NCBI GenBank assembly: GCA_964481235.1
Contig: CAYZYH010000004.1
Location: 2,124-66,123, forward strand
Origin: an uncultured Candidatus Saccharibacteria bacterium
GTDB taxonomy: Bacteria > Patescibacteriota > Saccharimonadia > CAILAD01 > BJGX01
Direction: 5' to 3'
DNA length: 64,000 bases
Shown here: piece by piece, positions 9,379-17,255 of the stretch
Numbering within the stretch: position 1 is the first letter of the stretch
How the letters are laid out: the number at the start of each line of letters is the position of its first letter
Notes under the pieces: generated by a model
Seen by the model: the letters and a program-made list of their open reading frames with translations, nothing else
The model's database searches: none
Told to the model about the DNA's origin: nothing
Position numbers and translations under genes: made by a program

Positions 9379-10521
9379 CTAGTTATTTGCAATGTTTGTT
9401 TTGAAGTATTCGAAATTTGTAGGTGTAAAGTGCTCTAAGGCTTCATCAATATGCACAAAAGCTTGTAGCCTATTGTGGTTGGGTTCTTTGAATATCGGCT
9501 TTAGACGGTACCAGGCAGCTTGTCCGTAGCGACCCTGAATAGTATCTCGAAGAGCAGTGATACTTTCTTGTCCATTGATTAGCAAGCCAGCAACGGCTGC
9601 TAGAGCTGCTTGAGGCGTTGCCTCATAATTATCTTCTATGTAGTTTTGAAGTAGCCCGTATGGTCTGCTTACGTCCAATGCCAGCATATCGATTGACTGG
9701 GTTATTTTCTGCCAATGCTTGATCAATACTTCTTGGCACAAATTAGCTTTGAATAACGATTCTAAATTAGTGTCTTCTAAGTTTGGATAGGCACGCTTTA
9801 TGGCCTGTCGGCCTACAAACCGCACTTCATAGCGAAATACTTCTAACGGCTTGTATTCATCCAACATTTCAAGCAGGTTCATTTGCATTCGGCCACTGTC
9901 TTCAAATGCTCTCTTGTCGCTAACCTTAGCTTTTCTTAGGTCGGCCATCTTGTCGTAAAACGCTATGTCTAGTGAATTACAGTGTACGTGCAGCACATGC
10001 CCGTCTCTAAAGTTTGTTCTTTGCAAATCATATATGCGACTAAAATCAAGCTTACCTAGTGTATTTAAAATTGTCTGACAGCCTGTATAGTCTAAGAAGA
10101 CGATATTCTTTGAGGGGTGCCATGCACCAACATCTGCCTTTGCCAGCTGCCACTTAAAGAATTTGTAATTCAGTAGCTCGTTAAGCTTGCTCTGCAAGGC
10201 GGTAACTATCTGTTCAAAATCTGTATCGACTAGTTCATCAAAGTTGTTTCCAAGCAACAGCTTTGGAGCCGAAAACTCAACCGCAAGCTGGTAAACAATG
10301 CCTTGCTTAGATGGCCGTTTAAAAAAGGTTAAACGGGGCATGTATTTACCAATCTTCTCATAAGTTGGCGTTGGGTTTAAGTATGTTCTGCCTGGGCTTC
10401 TGCTTTCAACCAGCTTTTCAATTGTGATTGGTGTAAACAGGCTCCCATCTAAAATACTCGGGTCATTTATTTTGATGAGTAATTTTACCGTGTCTACCAT
10501 TTTGTTCATCACTTTTTTCAA
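9379..10521 (-). CDS. Hypothetical protein of the integrated element, possibly a replication-initiation (Rep_trans-like) protein
   Basis: 380-aa ORF immediately downstream of the recombinase. Position and size fit mobile-element replication proteins. Family assignment is from memory only. Confidence 0.3.
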   Translation of the reverse strand: MKKVMNKMVDTVKLLIKINDPSILDGSLFTPITIEKLVESRSPGRTYLNPTPTYEKIGKYMPRLTFFKRPSKQGIVYQLAVEFSAPKLLLGNNFDELVDTDFEQIVTALQSKLNELLNYKFFKWQLAKADVGAWHPSKNIVFLDYTGCQTILNTLGKLDFSRIYDLQRTNFRDGHVLHVHCNSLDIAFYDKMADLRKAKVSDKRAFEDSGRMQMNLLEMLDEYKPLEVFRYEVRFVGRQAIKRAYPNLEDTNLESLFKANLCQEVLIKHWQKITQSIDMLALDVSRPYGLLQNYIEDNYEATPQAALAAVAGLLINGQESITALRDTIQGRYGQAAWYRLKPIFKEPNHNRLQAFVHIDEALEHFTPTNFEYFKTNIANN

Positions 10522-10774
10522 AAATTTCTTGGCACTTCTTTGTTATTGTTTGCTCAATGAGCTTGCCAGCCTCTTTGCTTATAGGGTAGTAGTAGTTGAG
10601 TTGCCGACTGCCTAGTAGCTTCGTCGGGTAAGTTATACGGTAGCCCGAACCATCTATGAGTTGATGGATTCCTAGTGAGCCAATATACAGACTTTTATCA
10701 ACTACACAACTAGCAAAGCCAACAAGACCATTTGTAGGCTTCACGGGTATGATTTGTACTTCACTTATCTTCAT
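10463..10774 (-). CDS. spoVG: SpoVG-family nucleic-acid-binding protein
   Basis: MKISEVQIIPVKPTNGLVGFASCVVDKSLYIGSLGIHQLIDGSGYRITYPTKLLGSRQ…YPISKEAGKLIEQTI aligns position-by-position with the SpoVG consensus (M.VTDVR…G.…AS…D…I…DG..G…P.….…P…….I…). Confidence 0.6.
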   Translation of the reverse strand: MKISEVQIIPVKPTNGLVGFASCVVDKSLYIGSLGIHQLIDGSGYRITYPTKLLGSRQLNYYYPISKEAGKLIEQTITKKCQEIFEKSDEQNGRHGKITHQNK

Positions 10775-10943
10775 TGTTTTTCCTTTTCTTCTTTACATCT
10801 TTCTGCTCAAGGTCCATTTGAATGAGTATGTCGAAGAAACCAGCAAGACTCTTTATGGCCTCGTCATCCATAGCAGCAACCAAGCCATTTTTTGCGGCTT
10901 TTGTATTTGGCTTTACTGCTGGTGATTTTTTCTTGTTAGACAT
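10761..10943 (-). CDS. Small basic/acidic hypothetical protein (60 aa)
   Basis: ORF only. Co-oriented with the flanking element genes. Confidence 0.3.
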   Translation of the reverse strand: MSNKKKSPAVKPNTKAAKNGLVAAMDDEAIKSLAGFFDILIQMDLEQKDVKKKRKNNEDK

Positions 10944-11035
10944 AAAAATAGCCTCTGTTTTGAGACTATCTGTTTGTGCTTGGGTTTTCGTTGTAGCAGG
11001 GCTACTTGGGCATCAAAAGGTATATAAGGGCTGGT

Positions 11036-11743
11036 CTACTTAAAATCCAAGTACTTTATTGCTATTTCATTTAAGTCGGATTTACTAACGGGGTTCTTAA
11101 ACCGAACACTACTCTTAGAAACATCGAAAAATACAGCTTTCAGTTGGGTTGTAAATCCAAGGTTCTCTATTACTTTGTGTATAGTTTTCTTTAGCACGAC
11201 ACCCTCTGCCTTAAGATCTTTCGTGTCAATACGCTTATTGGGGTTGGCATACACATAAGTAAAGAATCTCTCATTCTCACTATCAAAGTCTGGCTTTTTT
11301 AGTAAAAAGTTATTTATTGTTATCTCTCGAGATTTTTCTGAGTATCTAATCTCATAAACAGGGTCGCTTATCTCGGTTTCTGGAAGATTTGTTTTTTTGT
11401 AATCTCTTGCAGCGTTTTTATATTGCCCCTCATACATCCTAAAAACCACCTTATACTGAGGCCCGACTTTAAAAAATAAAAATCCATTCATTCCAGTTTT
11501 ATGGTCCAGGTCGGTTAGTGCATTCAGGTAAACGAGCCTATTAACAATCGCCGTTCTCTGTCTAGCGACCTCGTCAAATTCTAACTTCGAACCATAGAAA
11601 TTTGGCGGTCTGAAAGTTAGCTTGATGTAGTCCTCAGGGCTAGAAAGCTGTCTAGTTTCTTCGATTTCCTGGAGTACATTCCAGATTTTTTCTAAAGCCT
11701 TTCGAGAATACTTTGGAATCTTTTTAGTCATCACTTCACTCAT
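11036..11743 (-). CDS. Hypothetical protein (235 aa) of the integrated element
   Basis: Intact ORF with no recognisable motifs. Divergent from the excisionase-like gene. Confidence 0.4.
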   Translation of the reverse strand: MSEVMTKKIPKYSRKALEKIWNVLQEIEETRQLSSPEDYIKLTFRPPNFYGSKLEFDEVARQRTAIVNRLVYLNALTDLDHKTGMNGFLFFKVGPQYKVVFRMYEGQYKNAARDYKKTNLPETEISDPVYEIRYSEKSREITINNFLLKKPDFDSENERFFTYVYANPNKRIDTKDLKAEGVVLKKTIHKVIENLGFTTQLKAVFFDVSKSSVRFKNPVSKSDLNEIAIKYLDFK

Positions 11744-11762
11744 TTCCTAAAAATAGTAACTA

Positions 11763-11975
11763 ATGTATAGTAATAGTATGACACAACCAGGTACAGTCGA
11801 AAAGAAGAAGCCTAGATTACTTACCCTTAAGCAAGCAAGTGAAATGCTCAATTGTCATCCAAACACTTTGCGTGCCTGGGATGCAAAAGGCTATCTTGTA
11901 GCCGTTCGCTTTGGCACACGCAAGGACAGGCGTTATAAACGAGAAGACATTACTAAGCTGCTGGAAAAGAGATGA
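11763..11975 (+). CDS. Excisionase-family (MerR-like) helix-turn-helix DNA-binding protein, candidate recombination directionality factor
   Basis: …LLTLKQASEMLNCHPNTLRAWDAKGYLVAVRFGTRKDRRYKREDI… is an excisionase-family HTH signature. 70 aa. Confidence 0.55.
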   Translation: MYSNSMTQPGTVEKKKPRLLTLKQASEMLNCHPNTLRAWDAKGYLVAVRFGTRKDRRYKREDITKLLEKR

Positions 11976-12011
11976 AAGCATTTTTAGCTTAGTAACTTAT
12001 CTGATACTTAT

Positions 12012-12833
12012 ATGCAAAAATCATCTAAGAAACAGCCAGTCCACAAAAAACCTCTACTAATTGCTTCAATTTTTGTTGGATCAGTAATTTTGTTACTTTG
12101 CTTAGCTGCGGCTGTGGTCTATTTCGTTTCGCCCAAGGTTATTAGGCAGCCCCAATCAGAGCACTATCATTTTAGAATGCGAATTTTGGTCGATGGCAAA
12201 GCCGAAAACTTTTCAGAGCAGAAATATCAAACTGGTTATTCAAAAGACCTTTGCAACGCCAGCCTTACTGAGCAACCAATTCATTTCCACGACAACAAAG
12301 ATCAGTTTACGCACATTCACTGGGAAGGCATGACGGGCGGAATGGTGCTTAAATATTATGGCTGGAACTTTATTGGCGGACTGCCCAATATGCTGGGCTA
12401 CAAGCTAGATAATCTGCGTGACATTCAGCCAGTAACTACGCATGGCAATTATCTTCCAGTCATACCAAAAGATGCCAAATTTTACATTTACATTGGTGAA
12501 GAAAACAATTATCGCCAAGTTAGTTTTAATGACTGGGTAAACAAAGACTTAGAAGAAGTTTTTGACAAAGAAAGTAACTTTCCAGCTCATGAGAAAAACA
12601 AACAGTCTAGCTTGATTAACTCTTTCGTGCCTAAAGCTTTGGCACATGGAGGTGAAGCTGACGGAGCTGATGGCGAACCAGGCGAAGAAACACCGCAAGA
12701 AAAACTAACCAGAATAAACAATCTTATCGGCAATGTAGTAATCTTTGTGCAAAAAGACCCGCCCAGCGAGCAGCAAATAAAAGAACAGTTTCAGAAACTT
12801 GAACCACTATCGGAGAGCACATGCGGCGGTTAA
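12012..12833 (+). CDS. Membrane-anchored hypothetical protein (273 aa)
   Basis: N-terminal signal-anchor helix. Extracytoplasmic body with an acidic low-complexity stretch (GGEADGADGEPGEE). Confidence 0.4.
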   Translation: MQKSSKKQPVHKKPLLIASIFVGSVILLLCLAAAVVYFVSPKVIRQPQSEHYHFRMRILVDGKAENFSEQKYQTGYSKDLCNASLTEQPIHFHDNKDQFTHIHWEGMTGGMVLKYYGWNFIGGLPNMLGYKLDNLRDIQPVTTHGNYLPVIPKDAKFYIYIGEENNYRQVSFNDWVNKDLEEVFDKESNFPAHEKNKQSSLINSFVPKALAHGGEADGADGEPGEETPQEKLTRINNLIGNVVIFVQKDPPSEQQIKEQFQKLEPLSESTCGG

Positions 12834-13180
12834 CAGCAACCACTCTGAAAGTGGCTGTATTCTTTAGTATGAGTATATGCTTATTGCTACTCACTTACGT
12901 TTCGATTATTCCTCATAACAAGAATTATGTTGCAAACGCTGGGGCAAATCGTTCGCAGACTAGCTGTGATAATTGTACAGGCCATGCCCAACAAACCGTT
13001 CTGTATACCTTCAACCAAACAAAGCGTGTCGTGCGGTTGCAACCATTGCTACCGCCAATCCCATATTGGTTGCAAGCTCAATTGCCACTTTGGCTTTTAT
13101 ATGTGTTTCCGTTTTTAGCTATTGTTGCGATTGGCTATAGCCAAACCAGAATACTACTCAGTGTTCAGCTTAGATATTGA
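12821..13180 (+). CDS. Hypothetical membrane protein (119 aa)
   Basis: ORF with an N-terminal TM helix and Cys-rich segment. Overlaps the previous gene by 13 nt. Confidence 0.3.
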   Translation: MRRLTATTLKVAVFFSMSICLLLLTYVSIIPHNKNYVANAGANRSQTSCDNCTGHAQQTVLYTFNQTKRVVRLQPLLPPIPYWLQAQLPLWLLYVFPFLAIVAIGYSQTRILLSVQLRY

Positions 13181-13212
13181 AATCCCCATAGTTCACTTTT
13201 TAGATTAACTAA

Positions 13213-13896
13213 ATGGGGAGTTTTGTAATGTTTTTTAAGAAATATTTTAAGGTAATTTTAGGAGTCGTTGTCGTAGTTGGGATAGTGGGCTTTATCGGCT
13301 ACGCTCTGACACGTCCAGAACAAGCACCACAATCACAAACTGAGTCTGGCCCAGTTGGACCAAATGGCTCGAATAATGTCTATGGCAAAGCCGACAGCCC
13401 AGTACAGTTGACGGAGTATGTCGATTTTCAGTGTGAGGCTTGCTACTCATACTATCCAATCGTAAAGGAAGTAAAAGAAAAGTACAAAGACAAGGTAAAG
13501 TTTCAAATCAAGAATTTTCCTATAAGTAGTGCACACAAAAATTCCCTGCAAGCTGCTCAGGCAGCTCAGGCCGCAGCTAAGCAAGGTAAGTTTTTTGAGA
13601 TGCACAACCTTCTGTTTGAAAAGCAAAAAGACTGGGAAACCGACACCAATTTCCGACCAACTCTGGACAAATATGCGAAACAGATCGGTCTGAATATGGG
13701 TCAATTCGATAAAGACTTTAGTAGTGACGAAACCAAGGGGATAATCAACTTTGACCTGCAAGAAGTCACTAAGCTTGGTGGCAAGGGAACGCCTACTTTT
13801 GTGCTCAACGGCACGATGATTGAAAATCCTGGCCCAAGCGTTGAAGCACTTTCGAAACTACTCGATGCAGAACTACAGAAAGCAGGTATTCAGTAG
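13213..13896 (+). CDS. DsbA-family thiol:disulfide oxidoreductase
   Basis: Signal-anchor. Thioredoxin-fold CxxC active site (YVDFQCEACYSYYP) and a DsbA-like helical insert. Confidence 0.75.
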   Translation: MGSFVMFFKKYFKVILGVVVVVGIVGFIGYALTRPEQAPQSQTESGPVGPNGSNNVYGKADSPVQLTEYVDFQCEACYSYYPIVKEVKEKYKDKVKFQIKNFPISSAHKNSLQAAQAAQAAAKQGKFFEMHNLLFEKQKDWETDTNFRPTLDKYAKQIGLNMGQFDKDFSSDETKGIINFDLQEVTKLGGKGTPTFVLNGTMIENPGPSVEALSKLLDAELQKAGIQ

Positions 13897-13919
13897 CAGT
13901 ACGGTGATACAATAAGTCT

Positions 13920-14804
13920 ATGAGTCATCAACACGACACTGATTCGAATAGCCACTTTGGTATTGGGTTAATCCTCAATACTGGCTTTACTGTGTTTGAA
14001 ATGACGGTTGGAGTTTTGAGCGGCAGTTTGGCACTAGTAGCCGATGCCGCTCATAACCTAACCGATAGCTTAACGCTGGCGATCGCCTATGCTGCCGAGC
14101 GAATAAGCCGTCGTCAGCCCGATATTAAGCGTACCTATGGATATGGGCGGGTAAAAATAATCGCTGCTCTGCTCAATTCAGGTATTTTGATGGCTATCGC
14201 TACCTTCATAACAATTGAAGCTATCCAGCGTCTGTCGGAGCCTAAAGAGGTACCTGGCTTAACAATTGCAGTCGTGGCTACGATTGGCATTGCTATTAAT
14301 GGTGGGGTTGCGTATCTGCTCAGCAAACGTAAGCATGATCTAAATACCAAAGCTGCCTATACAAACATGCTTTATGATACGCTCAGCTCGGTTGGAGCAC
14401 TGGTTGCTGGATTGGCGATATACTTTTTCCATATATACTGGCTCGATAGTGTGGTTGGTCTGGCTATCGCTTTCATGCTTCTTATTGCTACCCTGGGCAT
14501 AGTCAAAGAAGTATTCCAGGTACTGCTAGAAGGAGTGCCAAAGGGAGTTGACCTGCAAAAATTACGCCAAGAACTGCTCAGTATAAAGGGTGTTAAATCT
14601 ATTGACGACGTGCACGCTTGGGCGATCGATAACGATAACTACGCCTTTAGCTGTCACATCGCTGTCGAAGAAAAAAACTTAAGTGACAGTCGTAAAATCG
14701 TTGAATCCGCTAAAGAATTACTAGATAAGGATTTTGGATTTGGGCACTCAACCATTGAGGTTGAACTAGACGGCTGCCAGCCCGAAGAGCACGGACACGC
14801 ATAA
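13920..14804 (+). CDS. Cation diffusion facilitator (CzcD-like Co/Zn/Cd efflux) transporter
   Basis: Six TM helices and a C-terminal cytoplasmic domain, including …HNLTDSLTLAIAYAAERISRRQPDIKRTYGYGRVKIIAALLN…. Confidence 0.8.
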   Translation: MSHQHDTDSNSHFGIGLILNTGFTVFEMTVGVLSGSLALVADAAHNLTDSLTLAIAYAAERISRRQPDIKRTYGYGRVKIIAALLNSGILMAIATFITIEAIQRLSEPKEVPGLTIAVVATIGIAINGGVAYLLSKRKHDLNTKAAYTNMLYDTLSSVGALVAGLAIYFFHIYWLDSVVGLAIAFMLLIATLGIVKEVFQVLLEGVPKGVDLQKLRQELLSIKGVKSIDDVHAWAIDNDNYAFSCHIAVEEKNLSDSRKIVESAKELLDKDFGFGHSTIEVELDGCQPEEHGHA

Positions 14805-14810
14805 TAAGTT

Positions 14811-15596
14811 ATGTTAGATGCTCTTATATTGGGAATTGTTGAGGGTTTTACAGAGTTTCTGCCCATTTCATCTACTGGACACCTAATATTAGTTGGTAAT
14901 CTACTAGGCTTTACTGGTGAAAAGGCTGCTACATTCGAGGTGTTTATACAGCTTGGAGCAATTCTGGCCGTTTTGGTTCTTTACCAAAGGCGGTTTACAG
15001 GCTTATTCAGCACCGAAACTAAAGGATTGGCTGGCATCAGAGGGTTAAAACTGCTAGCTATTACTACTGTTCCAGCAGTGATTGCGGGTTTTCTGCTTCA
15101 TGGAATTATTAAGGCAAAACTCTTTAATCCATTCACTGTAGCAATTGGCTTGCTAGTTGGCGGTGTTATTATCATTGTCGTTGAGCGTTGGCATAAGCCA
15201 ACCGAGGGCGTTGAGATTGATGACATATCTGAAAAGCAGGCTTTAAAAGTAGGACTGTTTCAATTACTTGCTTTGTGGCCTGGTTTTTCTAGAGCAGGGG
15301 CAACTATTATTGGTGGTAGACTAGTAGGTTTAAGTGACAAAGCCGCTGTAGAGTATTCATTCTTGGCTGCGGTACCACTCATGATAGCTGCCGTTGGGTA
15401 TGACTTGGTAAAAAGTATTCCTGCTCTTTCAACTAATGATATTGGCATTTTCTTTGTTGGTTTCGTAGCCGCTTTCCTCTCGGCTTTGGTGGCAATAAAG
15501 TTTCTGGTTGCAATTGTATCTCGCTATAGTCTGGCACCGTTCGGCTGGTATCGTATTGAGTTGGCTCTAATGATCTTTTTAGTGCTAGCTCTTTAG
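14811..15596 (+). CDS. uppP: Undecaprenyl-diphosphatase (BacA/UppP)
   Basis: MLDALILGIVEGFTEFLPISSTGHLILV… and …FSRAGATIIGGRLVGLSDKAAVEYSFLAAVPLM are UppP signatures. Confidence 0.85.
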   Translation: MLDALILGIVEGFTEFLPISSTGHLILVGNLLGFTGEKAATFEVFIQLGAILAVLVLYQRRFTGLFSTETKGLAGIRGLKLLAITTVPAVIAGFLLHGIIKAKLFNPFTVAIGLLVGGVIIIVVERWHKPTEGVEIDDISEKQALKVGLFQLLALWPGFSRAGATIIGGRLVGLSDKAAVEYSFLAAVPLMIAAVGYDLVKSIPALSTNDIGIFFVGFVAAFLSALVAIKFLVAIVSRYSLAPFGWYRIELALMIFLVLAL

Positions 15597-15801
15597 CAAT
15601 AAACCAAGCAAGCTAAAATGAATATGTAAGATGTCAGGTAAGCTACTAGACAGCTAGCAATTCACCTGATAGCTCAAATGTATCAACCAAAGATTTTAGG
15701 TTATAATCTTCATTAGAGGTAATTGCTGCCGTTTGTAATGCGTCAGCGATGCCCTGCCAAAGTACTTATGCTTAATTCACATAAATTACCACCCAGGAAA
15801 T

Positions 15802-16185
15802 ATGAAAACAATATTAGTAGATGCAATAAATGGTTTAGTCCTTGAAGATGGTAGTATTCTTGAGCCAATGCACAAACTACTTGAAAGTTATCCAAATAAC
15901 AAACTGGTATTGACAGGTGCAAATGATGAACAGTACAAGAAGTTCAAACTTGACCAAGTACCGTACGAAGTTTTTACCCTAAAACATGACCCCGAAAAAA
16001 CTGATCCAGTGTATTTCAAGATACTACTTGAAAAGTACGGACTTAAACCCGATGATGTTGTTTATTTTGAGCACAACGCAGAAGCGGCTAAGACAGCTAA
16101 ATCCGTTGGCATTACCACATTCTACTACGACCACACCAAAGAAGATATGGATACACTAAAGCAATTCTTGGATGAAAACCTATGA
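15802..16185 (+). CDS. Small HAD-like hydrolase-fold protein (degenerate), putative
   Basis: MKTILVDAINGLV… and C-terminal …VVYFEHNAEAAKTAKSVGITTFYY resemble HAD motifs I and III/IV, but the DxD is not canonical. Confidence 0.3.
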   Translation: MKTILVDAINGLVLEDGSILEPMHKLLESYPNNKLVLTGANDEQYKKFKLDQVPYEVFTLKHDPEKTDPVYFKILLEKYGLKPDDVVYFEHNAEAAKTAKSVGITTFYYDHTKEDMDTLKQFLDENL

Positions 16186-16250
16186 TGGTTGTTGTTTGAT
16201 AATTAAGTTACCATTTTAGCTTACTAACCCCTGCCACAAGTTGTTTTTAA

Positions 16251-16275
16251 AAAGACACGAAAGTGTCTTTTTTTG
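16251..16275 (+). terminator. Intrinsic terminator (aaagacac-gaaa-gtgtcttt + T7)
   Basis: Perfect 8-bp stem plus a T-run, seen directly. Confidence 0.6.
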
Positions 16276-16316
16276 AGGATTAAGTATATACATTAACTGT
16301 GCTACAATTTAAATAA

Positions 16317-17156
16317 ATGAAAGCACAAGCGAAATCGAAGCTATCTAAGTCACACGATAAGTTTGCACCTTTACGCTGGGTAATATTAGTAATATTAATA
16401 ATTACAGCCATATTACCAAATATTTCTGGCCCAGCGGCCCTAATAATATATTTGCTACCGACAATATTTGTATTTATGCACGGCGCAAGGTATTTGGGGC
16501 GTAAGAATATACTCATATTTTTTATGGTCACCTACATTATTACTTTTACAGCCGAGTATCTCGGGGTGAATACTGGGCATGTTTTTGGTGCTTATTACTA
16601 TAATTTGGTTGGTAATGGGCCGCTACTTGGTGGCGTACCGGTTCTTCTGATGCTTACATACTTTAGCTTGGCTTATAGTAGTTATTTAGTAATTAGAATA
16701 ATATTGGGTTGGCTAAAGGTAGTAAAGGGTTGGGGAATAGTAATACTAAGCTTACTAAGCGGTATGCTTATGACTCTATCAGATCTGGCCAACGACCCTA
16801 TCAACTCAACTGTTGATAAGATATATATATGGACCCAAGGTGGAATATTCTTTGGGGTGCCATATCAGAACTTTACAGGTTGGCTAGGAGAGACGGTAGT
16901 ACTATTTTTGATAATATCGGCAGTACTGGCATATATTACCAAGTCGCCCCACCTAAGAGTGTTACCAAGTAGTAGGTTTCTCACGGAGCCTATTGTGTTG
17001 TTTATCATACCTGTGGTGTCAGTTATCTTAAGCCCTATACTAACTACCAAACCCACCACTATTACCGAGCCAATGTCGCTTATAGCCTTGTTTGGTCTTG
17101 GTACCATCGCGCTATTAGCTTTAGTAAGGGCTGCTGCTAACAAACATCATATATAA
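16317..17156 (+). CDS. Polytopic membrane protein (279 aa), unknown function
   Basis: About 7 predicted TM segments. Possibly related to a membrane-protein family seen in carotenoid loci (low confidence). Confidence 0.35.
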   Translation: MKAQAKSKLSKSHDKFAPLRWVILVILIITAILPNISGPAALIIYLLPTIFVFMHGARYLGRKNILIFFMVTYIITFTAEYLGVNTGHVFGAYYYNLVGNGPLLGGVPVLLMLTYFSLAYSSYLVIRIILGWLKVVKGWGIVILSLLSGMLMTLSDLANDPINSTVDKIYIWTQGGIFFGVPYQNFTGWLGETVVLFLIISAVLAYITKSPHLRVLPSSRFLTEPIVLFIIPVVSVILSPILTTKPTTITEPMSLIALFGLGTIALLALVRAAANKHHI

Positions 17157-17255
17157 CTAAATATTGAAGTAAAAAAATTGTGTTTTATTGGTTATTTATG
17201 CCCTGCCATGGGGTATAATTAACATAACCGGAATTGAGGTTATTTAGCTTTATAT

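Noticed and set aside
12927-13118. 63-aa ORF nested inside the 12821-13180 ORF
   Set aside because: Alternate-frame nested ORF with no independent support.
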